DNA of 64,000 nucleotides from a virus. Its lineage: Duplodnaviria; Caudoviricetes. A program made the translations under genes and the position numbers. This document shows positions 11,701 through 20,011 of the stretch, in pieces. Position 1 is the first letter of the stretch. Every line of letters begins with the position of its first letter. Below the pieces are notes generated by a model. That model saw only the letters and a list, made by a program, of their open reading frames with translations, ran no database searches and was not told the DNA's origin. The stretch lies in the IMG/VR virus record IMGVR_UViG_3300025372_000010, positions 48,863 to 112,862 of that record; one strand, written 5' to 3'.

Positions 11701-13612
11701 TCAGAACAATCCTGATAGAGCTCTTAATATGGGTAAGAAGTTATTTGAGGATGTCTTCTTTAAAAAGATAGACAGTGATGATGTAATCCATATAGCAGAT
11801 GATAAATTAGCGGATGCTTTATTAGTACAAATGCCTAAAGAGGAAGGAAACGGATATAAGTATGCTGATTACATTAAGGGTATAAAGTATGTAGGTGATC
11901 AAAGAAGAGTATATTTATTTGAAAGAGTTGTAGGCAGTAGAGAAGATGACAGTAGATCCTATAGACGTATACCTACATTAGGTAACGGAACTATATCTGA
12001 GTATGTATATGATTCTGAAGATGTTAAGTCTATCTTCTTTAATAACCTTACTCCTACTCAAAAGATGGATACTCTATCTACTAATCCAGAGAATCCATTC
12101 AGAAAGATTAAGATATACAATGCTCAATACTTTGACTTGAGATACTTAATCCCAATGGGAGATACCGCTACACAGTTTATTGGTCTAGACATAAGCAATG
12201 CTAGTAAGACTACTAAGACTGCATTAGAAGCTTATAAAGATAAATCTAATACAGGTGAGTATGCCCCAACAGATAAAGTTATTATCTCTGGTAATACATT
12301 ATTACAAACTGTAAAACCTAAGGAAGGAACTACTAAGTTAGATGTGTCTGATATTAATTCAGCTTATTCTATATTAGAGTCAGTATTTAATGATCACTAT
12401 GCTCCAATGATAGATAAAGCTATTAAAGCAGGTGCTGACTTTATGGTAGGTAGTTTAACAGGTATGGAAGAAGTTGCTAAGAAGTATTTAAGAAACGAAG
12501 GCTTAGCAGAAGATACTGATGATAAAGGAGTTACAACATTTAAGAACCCTAAGAGCAGTGAAAAGATAGAAGCTCAACCTACAGAGATTAATGATTCTGA
12601 TGTACCAACTATTAGTTTATTTGGTATAGGCGGTGAGCAAACTGCAAGTGAAGAAGAGTCTGCTGGTGCTTTTGGTTTTGAGTTTGCTAATGATGATGTG
12701 GCACCACAAGAAGCTACTCATATGATTACTGAAGGAGTAGAGAAAGCAGGACCTGTACAAACAGACGCTGATATAGTTAACAATTATACTAATGATCCTA
12801 GTAAACCTAGTACACTTAAGTCAGTGTTAAGTAAAGTTGGTACAAATACAGATAATGAGTTCTATAAGACACTAGTATCCGTATTTAGAAAAGCAGGCTT
12901 CCCTGATATAAATGTTAGTTTCTCTGAGGCTATTAATAATCCTGGAGAGTATAATTCAATAAATGGTTCTATAATTATTAATCCAGCTCTTGCTATATCA
13001 GACAATACTAGATTAAACCGTCAGCAAAATTTAGAGTCTACTATTATACACGAAGCACTTCATGCATACATTTCAGATATCCTATCTAAGATTAGCTCTA
13101 ATGATAAGAGTCTCACTGAAGCTCAAAGAGTATTTGGAACTGCTTTGAAACAATTGTATAAAACTACTGTAGAAAAAGTAATGGATGACCCGCAGCATTC
13201 TGATAGATTAGTTGCTACTAATAATATGATCAAAGAAAAAGGTTATATTAGTACTGAAGATAAAAGCATGTACTATGGCTTAACTTCTGTGGATGAGTTT
13301 GCTAGTATGTTATTTACTAACCCAACCTTCCAGCAGTTTATGAATACTACAATAGTACAGGAGACAGGAAAGCTTTCTGTAATAGATAGATTCAAAGCTT
13401 TATTAGCTAAATTACTTAAGAGCTTAGCTAAGAGCTTAAATATTGTGACAGAAGGATCTGCTTTAGAACAAGGAGTGAATGACTTATTTAATCTTATTAG
13501 TGTAAGTCAAGAGAAAGCTGGTGGTGAAACATCTGCAAAAAATCAGTTATCTTTGTTCAGCATGTCTACAAGACAGATGGAAAACTATACCTTAGAAAAT
13601 CAATGTAAATAA
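5735..13612 (+). CDS. Virion-associated double-psi beta-barrel RNA polymerase with C-terminal zincin-like domain (2625 aa)
   Basis: RIPNQGHSS...QMGSDFDVDKLY with DxDxD at 9794-9808, typical of crAss-like/phi14:2 gp66 RNAPs. HEALH at 13049-13063 followed by DEF. Confidence 0.92.
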   Translation: MSCIYTINGKQYSDSEVKQVFSSILAVPGNENLSNEELVAKITELSKDRFVDVNLFSPYQESAYTNIIFSEVVDQLGVLKPKMEIKQSAGKVFGDTYSRFKNEAAKFNAISEKITSEEAYNQFKQVEGVAAKFPEIAALNYNQFKSMVDQFNHIVNEENWKKFTQLAEQKLRQLGLTIKDGNIVEKKFDATEIAKRLEEDQNDENEPEYEDSEREINESYEDGRAFRLSPKDTASYRVKLFLSTIPNYERNIFGKKDFVSMDQVFEDLLQTAATLPVVNYKTFTEALLSKAEGKPYLHNVVGKLDRLQKDGNVKLRNEIITVFNKAFTDHVLVLWNPSEGGVKVKVISSNRNSIIRQIKQDWIEAQKRSAIISTDTIGDLVINKEKVKELYDSLKEANKSKDITDKKAWVAEFFKSVGIDFDAKMIDALVKSANNGFFKYVRSANFAAMFRPNGVFDNIMKTYSKEGDGKSDNRYEDSNNAMIHERAFDYLAQIFFDFNGNKYQTGTFQNGENKTIYSYIQPSYLETVKKKLNNGDGYLKRLSEASFSKSSEVVAQLLNNLTENSNNFVYRIRYADSLKNDTAEKAGIVRKRMSRKEMLFDSLVKYMNSGKNTGLYNMFTLSDKTVTPVIEMTKTKLDPTFDILLRPSKNTTVRTSFDFKDGFADKLYTLAKSEIDRMVDYANNANKAGLGINNFDKSSQIFYLFPALNNKEDADLKSIVDSIQAGNQPSLADENYIKKVLVDVFKNDVMKSFRTLTDIGLIKKSEALDENDKKTILLNYDQLDKDYLAQYSNLTDKQKGVMIISEFKYNNLKAQINSLQVLGADPALFYKTKIGKAKEALTTSDVNSIVKTTMDEFSKRAAMFIAPGAQGTFEWTDLNGRPVDRTNYDIVTIKDVVKNVGGFEKVNIADAQELVTLQEHIDRLMSEGRIDLEDWQSITDKIEKNKGKFYELSDKEKQIALQPAKPVYSSNTFVDGFSRIDYIKSSTYPMIPEVIQGTELDKVRAWMENNNISSAPFESAKKTGIPAAPLELFDANDNFVEPTKERLAEVRQTLNREGLRTQQEIPAQKDEINVVSQMDRQLFEGLLGIKGFMFDAHSYTGSELKKLSEAIRIAFFYKNQQVLADRLNIKITDNNVVFKDQKALADLLKEEALDRDFSANDIKAIQTNEDGNLVIPIYLMAKGKRFEGLVTSIFSKLVKLKVPGTSLVQVSGVGTKVKESELTDKVKNQIIYTDAYDASKGLQYIRKEATTVDDKGNVKKGKAVQPAQVFVSQYLKDKEGNLIDLTKYVKKDAQGRMILDSNKIDKDLLQFIGARIPNQGHSSMLPIEVAGFLPSFMENTVVVPDGVTSQMGSDFDVDKLYSYISSIENVTDDKISSQKFDSSIYKNDYESLMSASEAELLQMYKEIHWSVLTHPDVFDKITRSTEFPDISKEIEVFEKAGLLEDKVSALPMDFEAQIKTFLDNRSGKSGTGIFAQMISFLAEHQDKDIKLKSFLDNNDNPIQESVKFLKDNGEILKLFRFTAEGRSETENGERSKTDNTSIFLSESVDNAKNKNLDKFNLTVEAMNAVRAVIGLSSETGEIADIRYVTRLMPQPIIKNYLNEIELSRDSFSDKYTNKFDIATKMINTYNSYLSDVAEIDIDQRLFSPATLLKALIDGKDFGEKLINDAKNGVLLNSQQQAQLNEYINNQVSILKLYTQLDNIGWAMGKLMTGTNVTTAGIGSTLFAVADKLRQVKTVALNTVFQNTEQLLGDIAYDGTIINPTSQAGHAMNVALSFGRDVLSKLAPIHFGASFDQLRDKVVRERFKDSNISNWGKTKYMELSEDLMKSAYAYLLTNPELGMVQDTQNDRTRLLYGANGERSLGERIIALKEQLKDTNYFINRLQVTAPINKAADPYLVKYRSPFSQDIDEQANNKGFLELILSGDKNQIDIARDLVTYAYLTGYDQGSSSYLKFIPVEYLMLNQKFTNGLKDFASTFDDMGTFYKQFIQNNPDRALNMGKKLFEDVFFKKIDSDDVIHIADDKLADALLVQMPKEEGNGYKYADYIKGIKYVGDQRRVYLFERVVGSREDDSRSYRRIPTLGNGTISEYVYDSEDVKSIFFNNLTPTQKMDTLSTNPENPFRKIKIYNAQYFDLRYLIPMGDTATQFIGLDISNASKTTKTALEAYKDKSNTGEYAPTDKVIISGNTLLQTVKPKEGTTKLDVSDINSAYSILESVFNDHYAPMIDKAIKAGADFMVGSLTGMEEVAKKYLRNEGLAEDTDDKGVTTFKNPKSSEKIEAQPTEINDSDVPTISLFGIGGEQTASEEESAGAFGFEFANDDVAPQEATHMITEGVEKAGPVQTDADIVNNYTNDPSKPSTLKSVLSKVGTNTDNEFYKTLVSVFRKAGFPDINVSFSEAINNPGEYNSINGSIIINPALAISDNTRLNRQQNLESTIIHEALHAYISDILSKISSNDKSLTEAQRVFGTALKQLYKTTVEKVMDDPQHSDRLVATNNMIKEKGYISTEDKSMYYGLTSVDEFASMLFTNPTFQQFMNTTIVQETGKLSVIDRFKALLAKLLKSLAKSLNIVTEGSALEQGVNDLFNLISVSQEKAGGETSAKNQLSLFSMSTRQMENYTLENQCK

Positions 13613-13614
13613 TT

Positions 13615-16600
13615 ATGGCTTGTTACGTTAAAAAGAATGACCTTGGTTTAATCACAGAAGTAAGACTTCCTGATGGAAAAACTATGTCTAAAGCTTACTA
13701 TGACATCTTACAACATGTTCAAGAAGGTATTCCTTCTGAGCACATTATGAATACTTTAGCTTCTTTACGTGAGTATGAAGGTAAATATATCTCTGATACA
13801 AAGAGTAATGATCAACGAGCTCTTGGATTATACATGCATTTATATGACCAGTCTTTTAGACAATGGTATGGTGATTGGACAACTGAGCCAAAGATTAATA
13901 ATGATGCTACTATTACTAGAGCAGATGGAGAGACTCGTTCTATCTATGACTTTGGTAAATATAAGAATAATGCAAGCGAGACTTTATATTCCGCTAGAAC
14001 TGCAGCAACAGGTAGATTACTTAAACAAGTAGATTTAACTGTTAAGGAGTTAAGAGACCGTATTAAGCTAGCTATTGATGCCCGTGAGAAATCTAAGCTT
14101 AACGCTGACTACACTAAAGATCAGAAGATCGAGAGAGAAAGATACTATAACAAGATTATAAAAGTACTTAACCAACAAGTTGAGACTCTTATAAAGAATA
14201 ATAATGTTGACTATGTGTTAGCTCAGGGATTGTCTGATATGAAAGTCATTAAGAACATATTATCAGGTCCTATAGTCAGTCTAACAGAGATCAGATTTAT
14301 GGATGACATCGTTCAAGCTTGGACAAATATTGAAACTGTACTAGGTATACAGTCAATTGATGATCTACCAGAAGATAACGAAGAGCAAAAGAATAGAAAG
14401 GAAAGAGCTACACAAATATTAAATAATGCTGATTTTGCTAAAAAAAGTATTGCTAACTTAGCTAAGAAGCAAATTGTTGAAGCTTATAACAACTCTATGC
14501 CTGAGGGTCAAGAGATCACAGTAAAAGACTTAAATGCATTTAAAGATGTATCTATGTGGAAGTCTTTAGCTAGAGATATCACAACTGTAGATAATAAGTC
14601 TGTAGCTTATTTAGCTAAGATTATCAATGAAGCTAATCTAAAGATAACTAAAGAGCACAACAGAAACTATGAGTCTATAGATAAGGCATATGATGATATC
14701 AAGAATCACCCAGAGATTGTTAAGAATGGATTTAACATATTCATCAAAGAACAAAAGGGAGCTCTTGGTACAAGTACTTTAGGATTGACTAATAGATTCT
14801 CTCAGGTGTTTTATGATACTATGAGAAATCAAGGAGCCATCTTAAATGCTAAAATTGAGGCTGCCGGGGAAGATAAAGAAGCAGTAAAAGCTGCTTACAA
14901 AACTTATAATGATTGGGTGGCTAAGAATACTGTGTTATTTAACTCAGCTCCTTTCTTAAACACTGAAGCTTATACAGATGCACAAAGAATCGAAGTAGTA
15001 AATGATCTTAAGAAACAAGGATTCACTGAAGATGAGATTGGCGATATGATTCGTGAAGCAGGTAAGAGATACCAAGATTATAATGAGTATGCTGAAAAGT
15101 TCAGAACTACTTTATATCTAGATATTATGTCTGGTGACTTGGAAGTACCAGAAGGAGAAAATGAGGATGAGTTTGTTAACAAGCGTGTTGAAGAATGGAA
15201 AAAGATTAACGATCCTATTGCATACATAGAACACATTAACAACTTGAATCAAGGATTGTTTTCTACATTCTCTGCTTTTAAAGGCGGACGTTATGCTGTT
15301 AAGTTTCCTCAGAAGACAGTTGACGGTAAAGATTCTAACTATTATGATGACAACTTTACTAAGATTGCAGCTGATAAGAAGCTATACAACTTCTATTTAT
15401 TCTTTAGAAACTTTGTAGAAGAACAACTTAGTTATCTTCCTCAGGAAGAAATCGATAAGCTTGGCTCTAACTTCTTACCAGTTATTATGGAAAGAATGGC
15501 TAAAGAATATGGTTTTAGTAGCTTAAAAGAAGTGAGTAAGAATATGGGTGATTGGTTCTTTAAACAGTTAACTAGTGTTGACTATAAAGAAAATAAGCGA
15601 ATAGATCCTATTACAGAAAAAGTAAGAAGAAGCTTTACTACTAAATTCATCAATGAAGATGTAGACACTGAAGAAAGATCTAAAGATATGGTCTTGATGA
15701 TGAAGCTATTTAGTGATATGGCTTTGATATATAAACACAAGATCCAAATTCAGGATCAGGTAGATAGTATTAATGATATTATACAAAGTGCAGATGCAAC
15801 TATTGTACAAAACAATCTTGAAAAGCGTGAAGAAAAAGGTAAAGCTCCTGCTAATCTACAGAACATGGTGGGAAGTGCGGTGCTTAGATCTTTTTATCAA
15901 GTGGCACCAGAACCTCAGGGGTTAATTCAAAACAGAAGATTCTATAATGCATTAGAGCTATTAAGCTTTGGTACGGTTAAATCTAAAGAGTATAAACAAG
16001 CTCTTGTTTTACAACAAAGTATACAAGATCTATCTAAAAAGTTAGAGTCTGACACTTTGAAAGAAGCAGACAGACTTAAGTTAGAAGAGCAGGTTCGTAA
16101 CTTAAAGAAAGAATACTATGAGCTTGGAGGTCGTAACCTAAGTATGAGCTCTGTATTGGATGGTATGAATAAACTTACTCGTCAAAAAGGTATTGGTCTT
16201 AACCCTTTTGCAGCTATTAGAAACTTAGCGGTGGGTGGATTGAATAACTTCATCCATGCTTATGGAGGAGAAGACTATTCTACTAAAGACTTTTACACTG
16301 CTACAGGTATTATAAAAGACAGTGCAGCTAAATATCTTACATGGGGTAATAGTAACTCTATTAATGCTATGAAGATATTGAAGTTCAATCTAGATTCTAA
16401 GATTGTTGATGGAGAGGATGAGATCTTTAAAGGAAGTGTAAGTGCTATTAATAAAGCTAGCACATGGGAAACTATTAAGAAATATGTACCTAGTCCTTTT
16501 GGATTGATGAGATCTACTGACTATTTGTTTAAATCTCAAACATCTGTATCTATGATGTTAGCTCAGAAAGTTGAGACTAGTAAAGGTACGTTTAACTTAT

Positions 16601-17400
16601 TTGAAGTTATGGATGAGAATCTAAACTTCAACTCAGCTAAGTATGGTGAGTGGGATGTAGAAAAGAATGGTGGTTTAACTTTTGATGAGTTATACGATAA
16701 GTTCTCAGCTAAAGTGGGACAAGTAGCTAGAAAGCTACATGGTTTTGCCGGTGGTGGTTTATCATTAGCAGCTAAAGATTCTATGTATTGGAGAATGCTA
16801 ATGGTGTTTAGAACATGGTTACCAGAGACTATTGCTAACCGTTTTGAAAAGAATAGATATGACCCTATCTTAGAACGCAATACAGAGGGTTATTACAGGA
16901 CTTTTTGGAATGTTCTTAAAGAAGATCCAGCTGGTATATTTAAAGCGATGTATCAAGCTGCAGTGAGCAAACAAGTGGGTAATCTATCTAAAGAGGAAGT
17001 AGCTAACTTAAGAAAGATGATGATGGAGCTTACTACGATTATGGGATTATTCTCTATGTACTTAGCATTATCTGCTAGTGTAGGGGATGATGATAAGACT
17101 AAATGGAAGAGATTAGCTCTTAACCAGCTTAACTTATTAGCCCGAGATATGACTTACTATCTAGATCCATACTCTGCTAAATCTCTATTAGAGAATACAG
17201 TACCTGCAATGACTACTGTTACACAATCATTAGATGCTCTTAAAGCTATAGGTAACTATGCGGTGGGAACTGAAAATGCACAAGGTGATCCACTATATGA
17301 TGGACAAAGAACTATATTAAAGATTACAAAAGCTCTACCTTATGTCAACAACGTAAATAGAGTGATCTATTACTCTGGTAGAATGGGTAATGTAAGATAA
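13615..17400 (+). CDS. Giant virion cargo/ejection protein 3 (1261 aa)
   Basis: Long helical ORF directly after the RNAP with a C-terminal hydrophobic segment; last gene of the plus-strand block. Confidence 0.7.
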   Translation: MACYVKKNDLGLITEVRLPDGKTMSKAYYDILQHVQEGIPSEHIMNTLASLREYEGKYISDTKSNDQRALGLYMHLYDQSFRQWYGDWTTEPKINNDATITRADGETRSIYDFGKYKNNASETLYSARTAATGRLLKQVDLTVKELRDRIKLAIDAREKSKLNADYTKDQKIERERYYNKIIKVLNQQVETLIKNNNVDYVLAQGLSDMKVIKNILSGPIVSLTEIRFMDDIVQAWTNIETVLGIQSIDDLPEDNEEQKNRKERATQILNNADFAKKSIANLAKKQIVEAYNNSMPEGQEITVKDLNAFKDVSMWKSLARDITTVDNKSVAYLAKIINEANLKITKEHNRNYESIDKAYDDIKNHPEIVKNGFNIFIKEQKGALGTSTLGLTNRFSQVFYDTMRNQGAILNAKIEAAGEDKEAVKAAYKTYNDWVAKNTVLFNSAPFLNTEAYTDAQRIEVVNDLKKQGFTEDEIGDMIREAGKRYQDYNEYAEKFRTTLYLDIMSGDLEVPEGENEDEFVNKRVEEWKKINDPIAYIEHINNLNQGLFSTFSAFKGGRYAVKFPQKTVDGKDSNYYDDNFTKIAADKKLYNFYLFFRNFVEEQLSYLPQEEIDKLGSNFLPVIMERMAKEYGFSSLKEVSKNMGDWFFKQLTSVDYKENKRIDPITEKVRRSFTTKFINEDVDTEERSKDMVLMMKLFSDMALIYKHKIQIQDQVDSINDIIQSADATIVQNNLEKREEKGKAPANLQNMVGSAVLRSFYQVAPEPQGLIQNRRFYNALELLSFGTVKSKEYKQALVLQQSIQDLSKKLESDTLKEADRLKLEEQVRNLKKEYYELGGRNLSMSSVLDGMNKLTRQKGIGLNPFAAIRNLAVGGLNNFIHAYGGEDYSTKDFYTATGIIKDSAAKYLTWGNSNSINAMKILKFNLDSKIVDGEDEIFKGSVSAINKASTWETIKKYVPSPFGLMRSTDYLFKSQTSVSMMLAQKVETSKGTFNLFEVMDENLNFNSAKYGEWDVEKNGGLTFDELYDKFSAKVGQVARKLHGFAGGGLSLAAKDSMYWRMLMVFRTWLPETIANRFEKNRYDPILERNTEGYYRTFWNVLKEDPAGIFKAMYQAAVSKQVGNLSKEEVANLRKMMMELTTIMGLFSMYLALSASVGDDDKTKWKRLALNQLNLLARDMTYYLDPYSAKSLLENTVPAMTTVTQSLDALKAIGNYAVGTENAQGDPLYDGQRTILKITKALPYVNNVNRVIYYSGRMGNVR

Positions 17401-17404
17401 TAAT

Positions 17405-17438
17405 AAAGAAGGGGACCATTACAATCCCCTTTCTTATT
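17405..17438. terminator. Bidirectional intrinsic terminator
   Basis: AAGAAGGGGA...TCCCCTTTCTT hairpin between convergent gene blocks. Confidence 0.75.
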
Positions 17439-17617
17439 TAGTCCTTACGCTTCTTCCAAATACTAAAGTTAATCGTGAGTAACATTAACCCGATTGCAAA
17501 AGTCTTTCTTACAACTGGTTCTCCTGTTTCAGCATCAACCTCTTCATATCTATGAAGTGCGATACCTAGATCAAACATTAAGTAGTGCGGATCAAACACG
17601 ATAATCTCTATTTGCAT
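17438..17617 (-). CDS. Hypothetical protein
   Basis: Start at MQIEII avoids a long overlap with the upstream gene. Confidence 0.55.
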   Translation of the reverse strand: MQIEIIVFDPHYLMFDLGIALHRYEEVDAETGEPVVRKTFAIGLMLLTINFSIWKKRKD

Positions 17618-17622
17618 AATTG

Positions 17623-18063
17623 TTATTTTTCCATAGTAAAAGGATGCTTGCCTAAGTAGCAATCTTGGTCCCAATCCATGTGCTTCTTAAATCCATTTAT
17701 GTAGCTTTGAATATTACTCGCACCTACGGGATTATGGCTGTGCACACAACAGCTATTTATTTTTTGCTTATGATTGACAGCGTATTCAACTAAAAACTTA
17801 GCACAGTCAAGGCCAGTTTTTTCTTTGAAGCTGTCATAGTCTGGATGCTGATAACCATGCATAGCAACTTGATTATAATAATCGTTGATATGCTCATCTG
17901 CTAAATCATGGTCAAAGCTAACCAAGTCAGGTATACCATTTTTTGTTATCCAAGCAGCAAACTCATTATAGTTTCTTACTACTTGCCAGGGATGGTAACC
18001 TGGTATTGTGTCTGTGGGAGTTCTGCAGTCATCTAAGTATAGACAATTCTTAAGCTTTTTCAT
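17623..18063 (-). CDS. Cyclic-phosphate-processing receiver (cREC/REC-like) domain protein
   Basis: LYLDDxRxP, VRNYNEF, SFDHDL, TGLDCAKFL and VHSHNPVG motifs. Confidence 0.75.
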   Translation of the reverse strand: MKKLKNCLYLDDCRTPTDTIPGYHPWQVVRNYNEFAAWITKNGIPDLVSFDHDLADEHINDYYNQVAMHGYQHPDYDSFKEKTGLDCAKFLVEYAVNHKQKINSCCVHSHNPVGASNIQSYINGFKKHMDWDQDCYLGKHPFTMEK

Positions 18064-18499
18064 CTAGTCTTTTTTTAAGTTCTACAATCTCATTCTGCAT
18101 AACGATTTGATTACCAACTAGTTTTGCAAACTCTTCTTGTATCTTGTGGTTGTTTATTTTTATAGCATCTTCTAGCTGTAACACCCTACTTGATAAACTA
18201 TGTAGTGCTTTAGTATAAGCACTTAAATCTATTTGACTAACATGTGTACCTCCTATTGGGGTACCATCTATTGTACACTTACTTTCTACACTAAATCCTG
18301 TAGGAATATTAACATACTCTACATTTTTATAGTCAGAATAAGGCTCTATATGAATTACAGTTAATGCACTAGATCCTTGTTTTACTGTAGTAGTTACACA
18401 AGATAAGTTGTCTGATAACCAAGCTATCATTTCTTCATGTAAAAAGAACTTAGGTTTCTGACCCTCCGTCCTTTGTTCTGTTAGTATCTCTGTCAGCAT
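18050..18499 (-). CDS. Hypothetical protein with C-terminal coiled coil
   Basis: ORF in the operon; likely start MLTEIL. Confidence 0.55.
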   Translation of the reverse strand: MLTEILTEQRTEGQKPKFFLHEEMIAWLSDNLSCVTTTVKQGSSALTVIHIEPYSDYKNVEYVNIPTGFSVESKCTIDGTPIGGTHVSQIDLSAYTKALHSLSSRVLQLEDAIKINNHKIQEEFAKLVGNQIVMQNEIVELKKRLDEKA

Positions 18500-18659
18500 C
18501 TTCTTGTAATTTAGTATTACCTCTTTTATGAGGTTTTGTATAAGGACAATGTCTGCACTGATTACCACAACAGCTTTTTCTGTTCTTATGGAACTCTGCA
18601 GTGAATATCACTCTATCTTTTTCTAGATAGTAATCTCGGTTAAACTCTATTACTTTCAC
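18450..18659 (-). CDS. Small Cys-rich protein (DUF5522-like)
   Basis: YYLE..VIFT..FH..R..CCGNQCRHCPY motif. Confidence 0.65.
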   Translation of the reverse strand: MKVIEFNRDYYLEKDRVIFTAEFHKNRKSCCGNQCRHCPYTKPHKRGNTKLQEDADRDTNRTKDGGSET

Positions 18660-19129
18660 AGGTCTTTATTTTCTTCTGTCTTATTAGCTTCTATTTCTGA
18701 AAGCTTAAGCTGAATAAGCTTTTCACATTTCTGTTTCCAGCCACCAGATTCCACTTGAATCATAGTGACATTACAGTCATGGTTTTTAGCTTGAGTAAAC
18801 TCTTCAGGATTATCATCTAAATGCCATAAGAACTTAGTACCATTTAGATAGTTATACTTCCATTCCATGCATGTAAAACGTACATGATATCTAGGTATAC
18901 CTAATCTATCTACTACTGCCCACAGCTGAGCATTTGGATCACCAGTTGTGTTACTAGTAATCTTAGCCCATAATGCTTCAGGATATGCTTTAAACCATTT
19001 ATGTTGATGGTTTGAATCATAGCGGGTAGTAACTACCCATACTTCTACTCCTAGCTTAATAAGCTGAGCAGCATATTTTTGTACATCAGGTCTTTCTAAT
19101 GTACCATCGAAATCAAAAGAACATTTCAT
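18656..19129 (-). CDS. HAD-superfamily hydrolase/phosphatase
   Basis: DFDGTL motif I, VVTTR motif II, HLDDN motif IV. Confidence 0.75.
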   Translation of the reverse strand: MKCSFDFDGTLERPDVQKYAAQLIKLGVEVWVVTTRYDSNHQHKWFKAYPEALWAKITSNTTGDPNAQLWAVVDRLGIPRYHVRFTCMEWKYNYLNGTKFLWHLDDNPEEFTQAKNHDCNVTMIQVESGGWKQKCEKLIQLKLSEIEANKTEENKDL

Positions 19130-19242
19130 GCTAAGAAGTGTGTTATTGTTTTAATAATATAATACCATAGAGTTATCCCTATAGCAAATGCTGCACCCCA
19201 GAAGATTATGAAGTGCCAGTTCCAGTTTCTAATTCTTTTCAT
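19126..19242 (-). CDS. Small membrane protein (38 aa; not in ORF track)
   Basis: MKRIRNWNWHFIIFWGAAFAIGITLWYYIIKTITHFLA fills the gap and overlaps the next gene by ATGA. Confidence 0.55.
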   Translation of the reverse strand: MKRIRNWNWHFIIFWGAAFAIGITLWYYIIKTITHFLA

Positions 19243-19426
19243 CTGTAGCATTTTCATTAAAGTGTTCTATACTATATGCTGCAGTAAGACTATCAATTTT
19301 CTTTTCTAGTGTTGGTATCTCCTTCACTTGTTCTTTTAATGTCTTTATCTGAGTTCGTTGATTCTCTATCACGTAGAATAGCAATCCAACAGAAGCTAAG
19401 CTTAAAATCCCTTTTAGGTATTTCAT
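19229..19426 (-). CDS. Hypothetical membrane-anchored coiled-coil protein
   Basis: N-terminal hydrophobic helix followed by heptads. Confidence 0.6.
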   Translation of the reverse strand: MKYLKGILSLASVGLLFYVIENQRTQIKTLKEQVKEIPTLEKKIDSLTAAYSIEHFNENATDEKN

Positions 19427-19704
19427 AGACTGTAATATTTTGTGGTTTTATCAATAAGTTCCAGGTCTCCATCTTTTATGGCTGATAGTCTAACAGCAAC
19501 TTCGATTTGTAATGTAGGAGAGAATACTCTCTTCTTAGTATTACACTTATCGTGAATTCGAGTGGGAGTTAATCCCAACCGATGTCCTGCTTTCGCAAAG
19601 CTGCTGTAGACTGCTATCAGTTCTTGTTTTTCAGGGTTATATACTTTTATACATGTGTCTTTGTAAAATCCGTTTAAATCGTTCTTCAGTTTCGGTGTTC
19701 CCAT
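19423..19704 (-). CDS. NUMOD1-like HTH DNA-binding protein
   Basis: IKVYN...LIAVYSSFAKAGHRLGL...IHDKC pattern; preceded by TAACTTTG. Confidence 0.5.
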   Translation of the reverse strand: MGTPKLKNDLNGFYKDTCIKVYNPEKQELIAVYSSFAKAGHRLGLTPTRIHDKCNTKKRVFSPTLQIEVAVRLSAIKDGDLELIDKTTKYYSL

Positions 19705-19725
19705 TCAATCTGTGATTTATAAGAT

Positions 19726-19733
19726 CAAAGTTA
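19726..19733 (-). promoter_or_regulatory. Bacteroidota sigma-A -7 element (TAACTTTG)
   Basis: TAnnTTTG consensus about 21 nt upstream of the ATG at 19704. Confidence 0.55.
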
Positions 19734-19750
19734 AGTAACTCGTTTAACTT

Positions 19751-20008
19751 TTACAAATTTACTGTACTATTTTTAATAGCCTCTTGCTGTTCATAATAGA
19801 GTTCTCTCACTCTGGCTCCTAACTCAGCATCGTTAGAAGTCTTATAAATAATAAAGTTAGGTACTACTATAGAAGATCGATCAGTTCCTGCAGAATAACA
19901 AGCTCTGCACATCTGACCAATACCTTCAACATACCCTAGTCTCATGTCAATATGGATAGACTCATCATAAGATGTTTCTACTCCGCATACTACGCAATTG
20001 TCTTTCAT
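19751..20008 (-). CDS. Zinc-ribbon hypothetical protein
   Basis: CVVC...CRAC. Confidence 0.65.
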   Translation of the reverse strand: MKDNCVVCGVETSYDESIHIDMRLGYVEGIGQMCRACYSAGTDRSSIVVPNFIIYKTSNDAELGARVRELYYEQQEAIKNSTVNL

Positions 20009-20011
20009 AGT

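Noticed and set aside
427-16880. Short antisense and alternate-frame ORFs inside the giant genes
   Set aside because: Shadow ORFs within long coding frames, with no motifs.
185-17400. Stop-codon reassignment (code 15 or 4), as in some crAss-like phages
   Set aside because: The giant ORFs are uninterrupted in the standard code, TAG and TGA end genes at sensible junctions, and no suppressor tRNA is seen.
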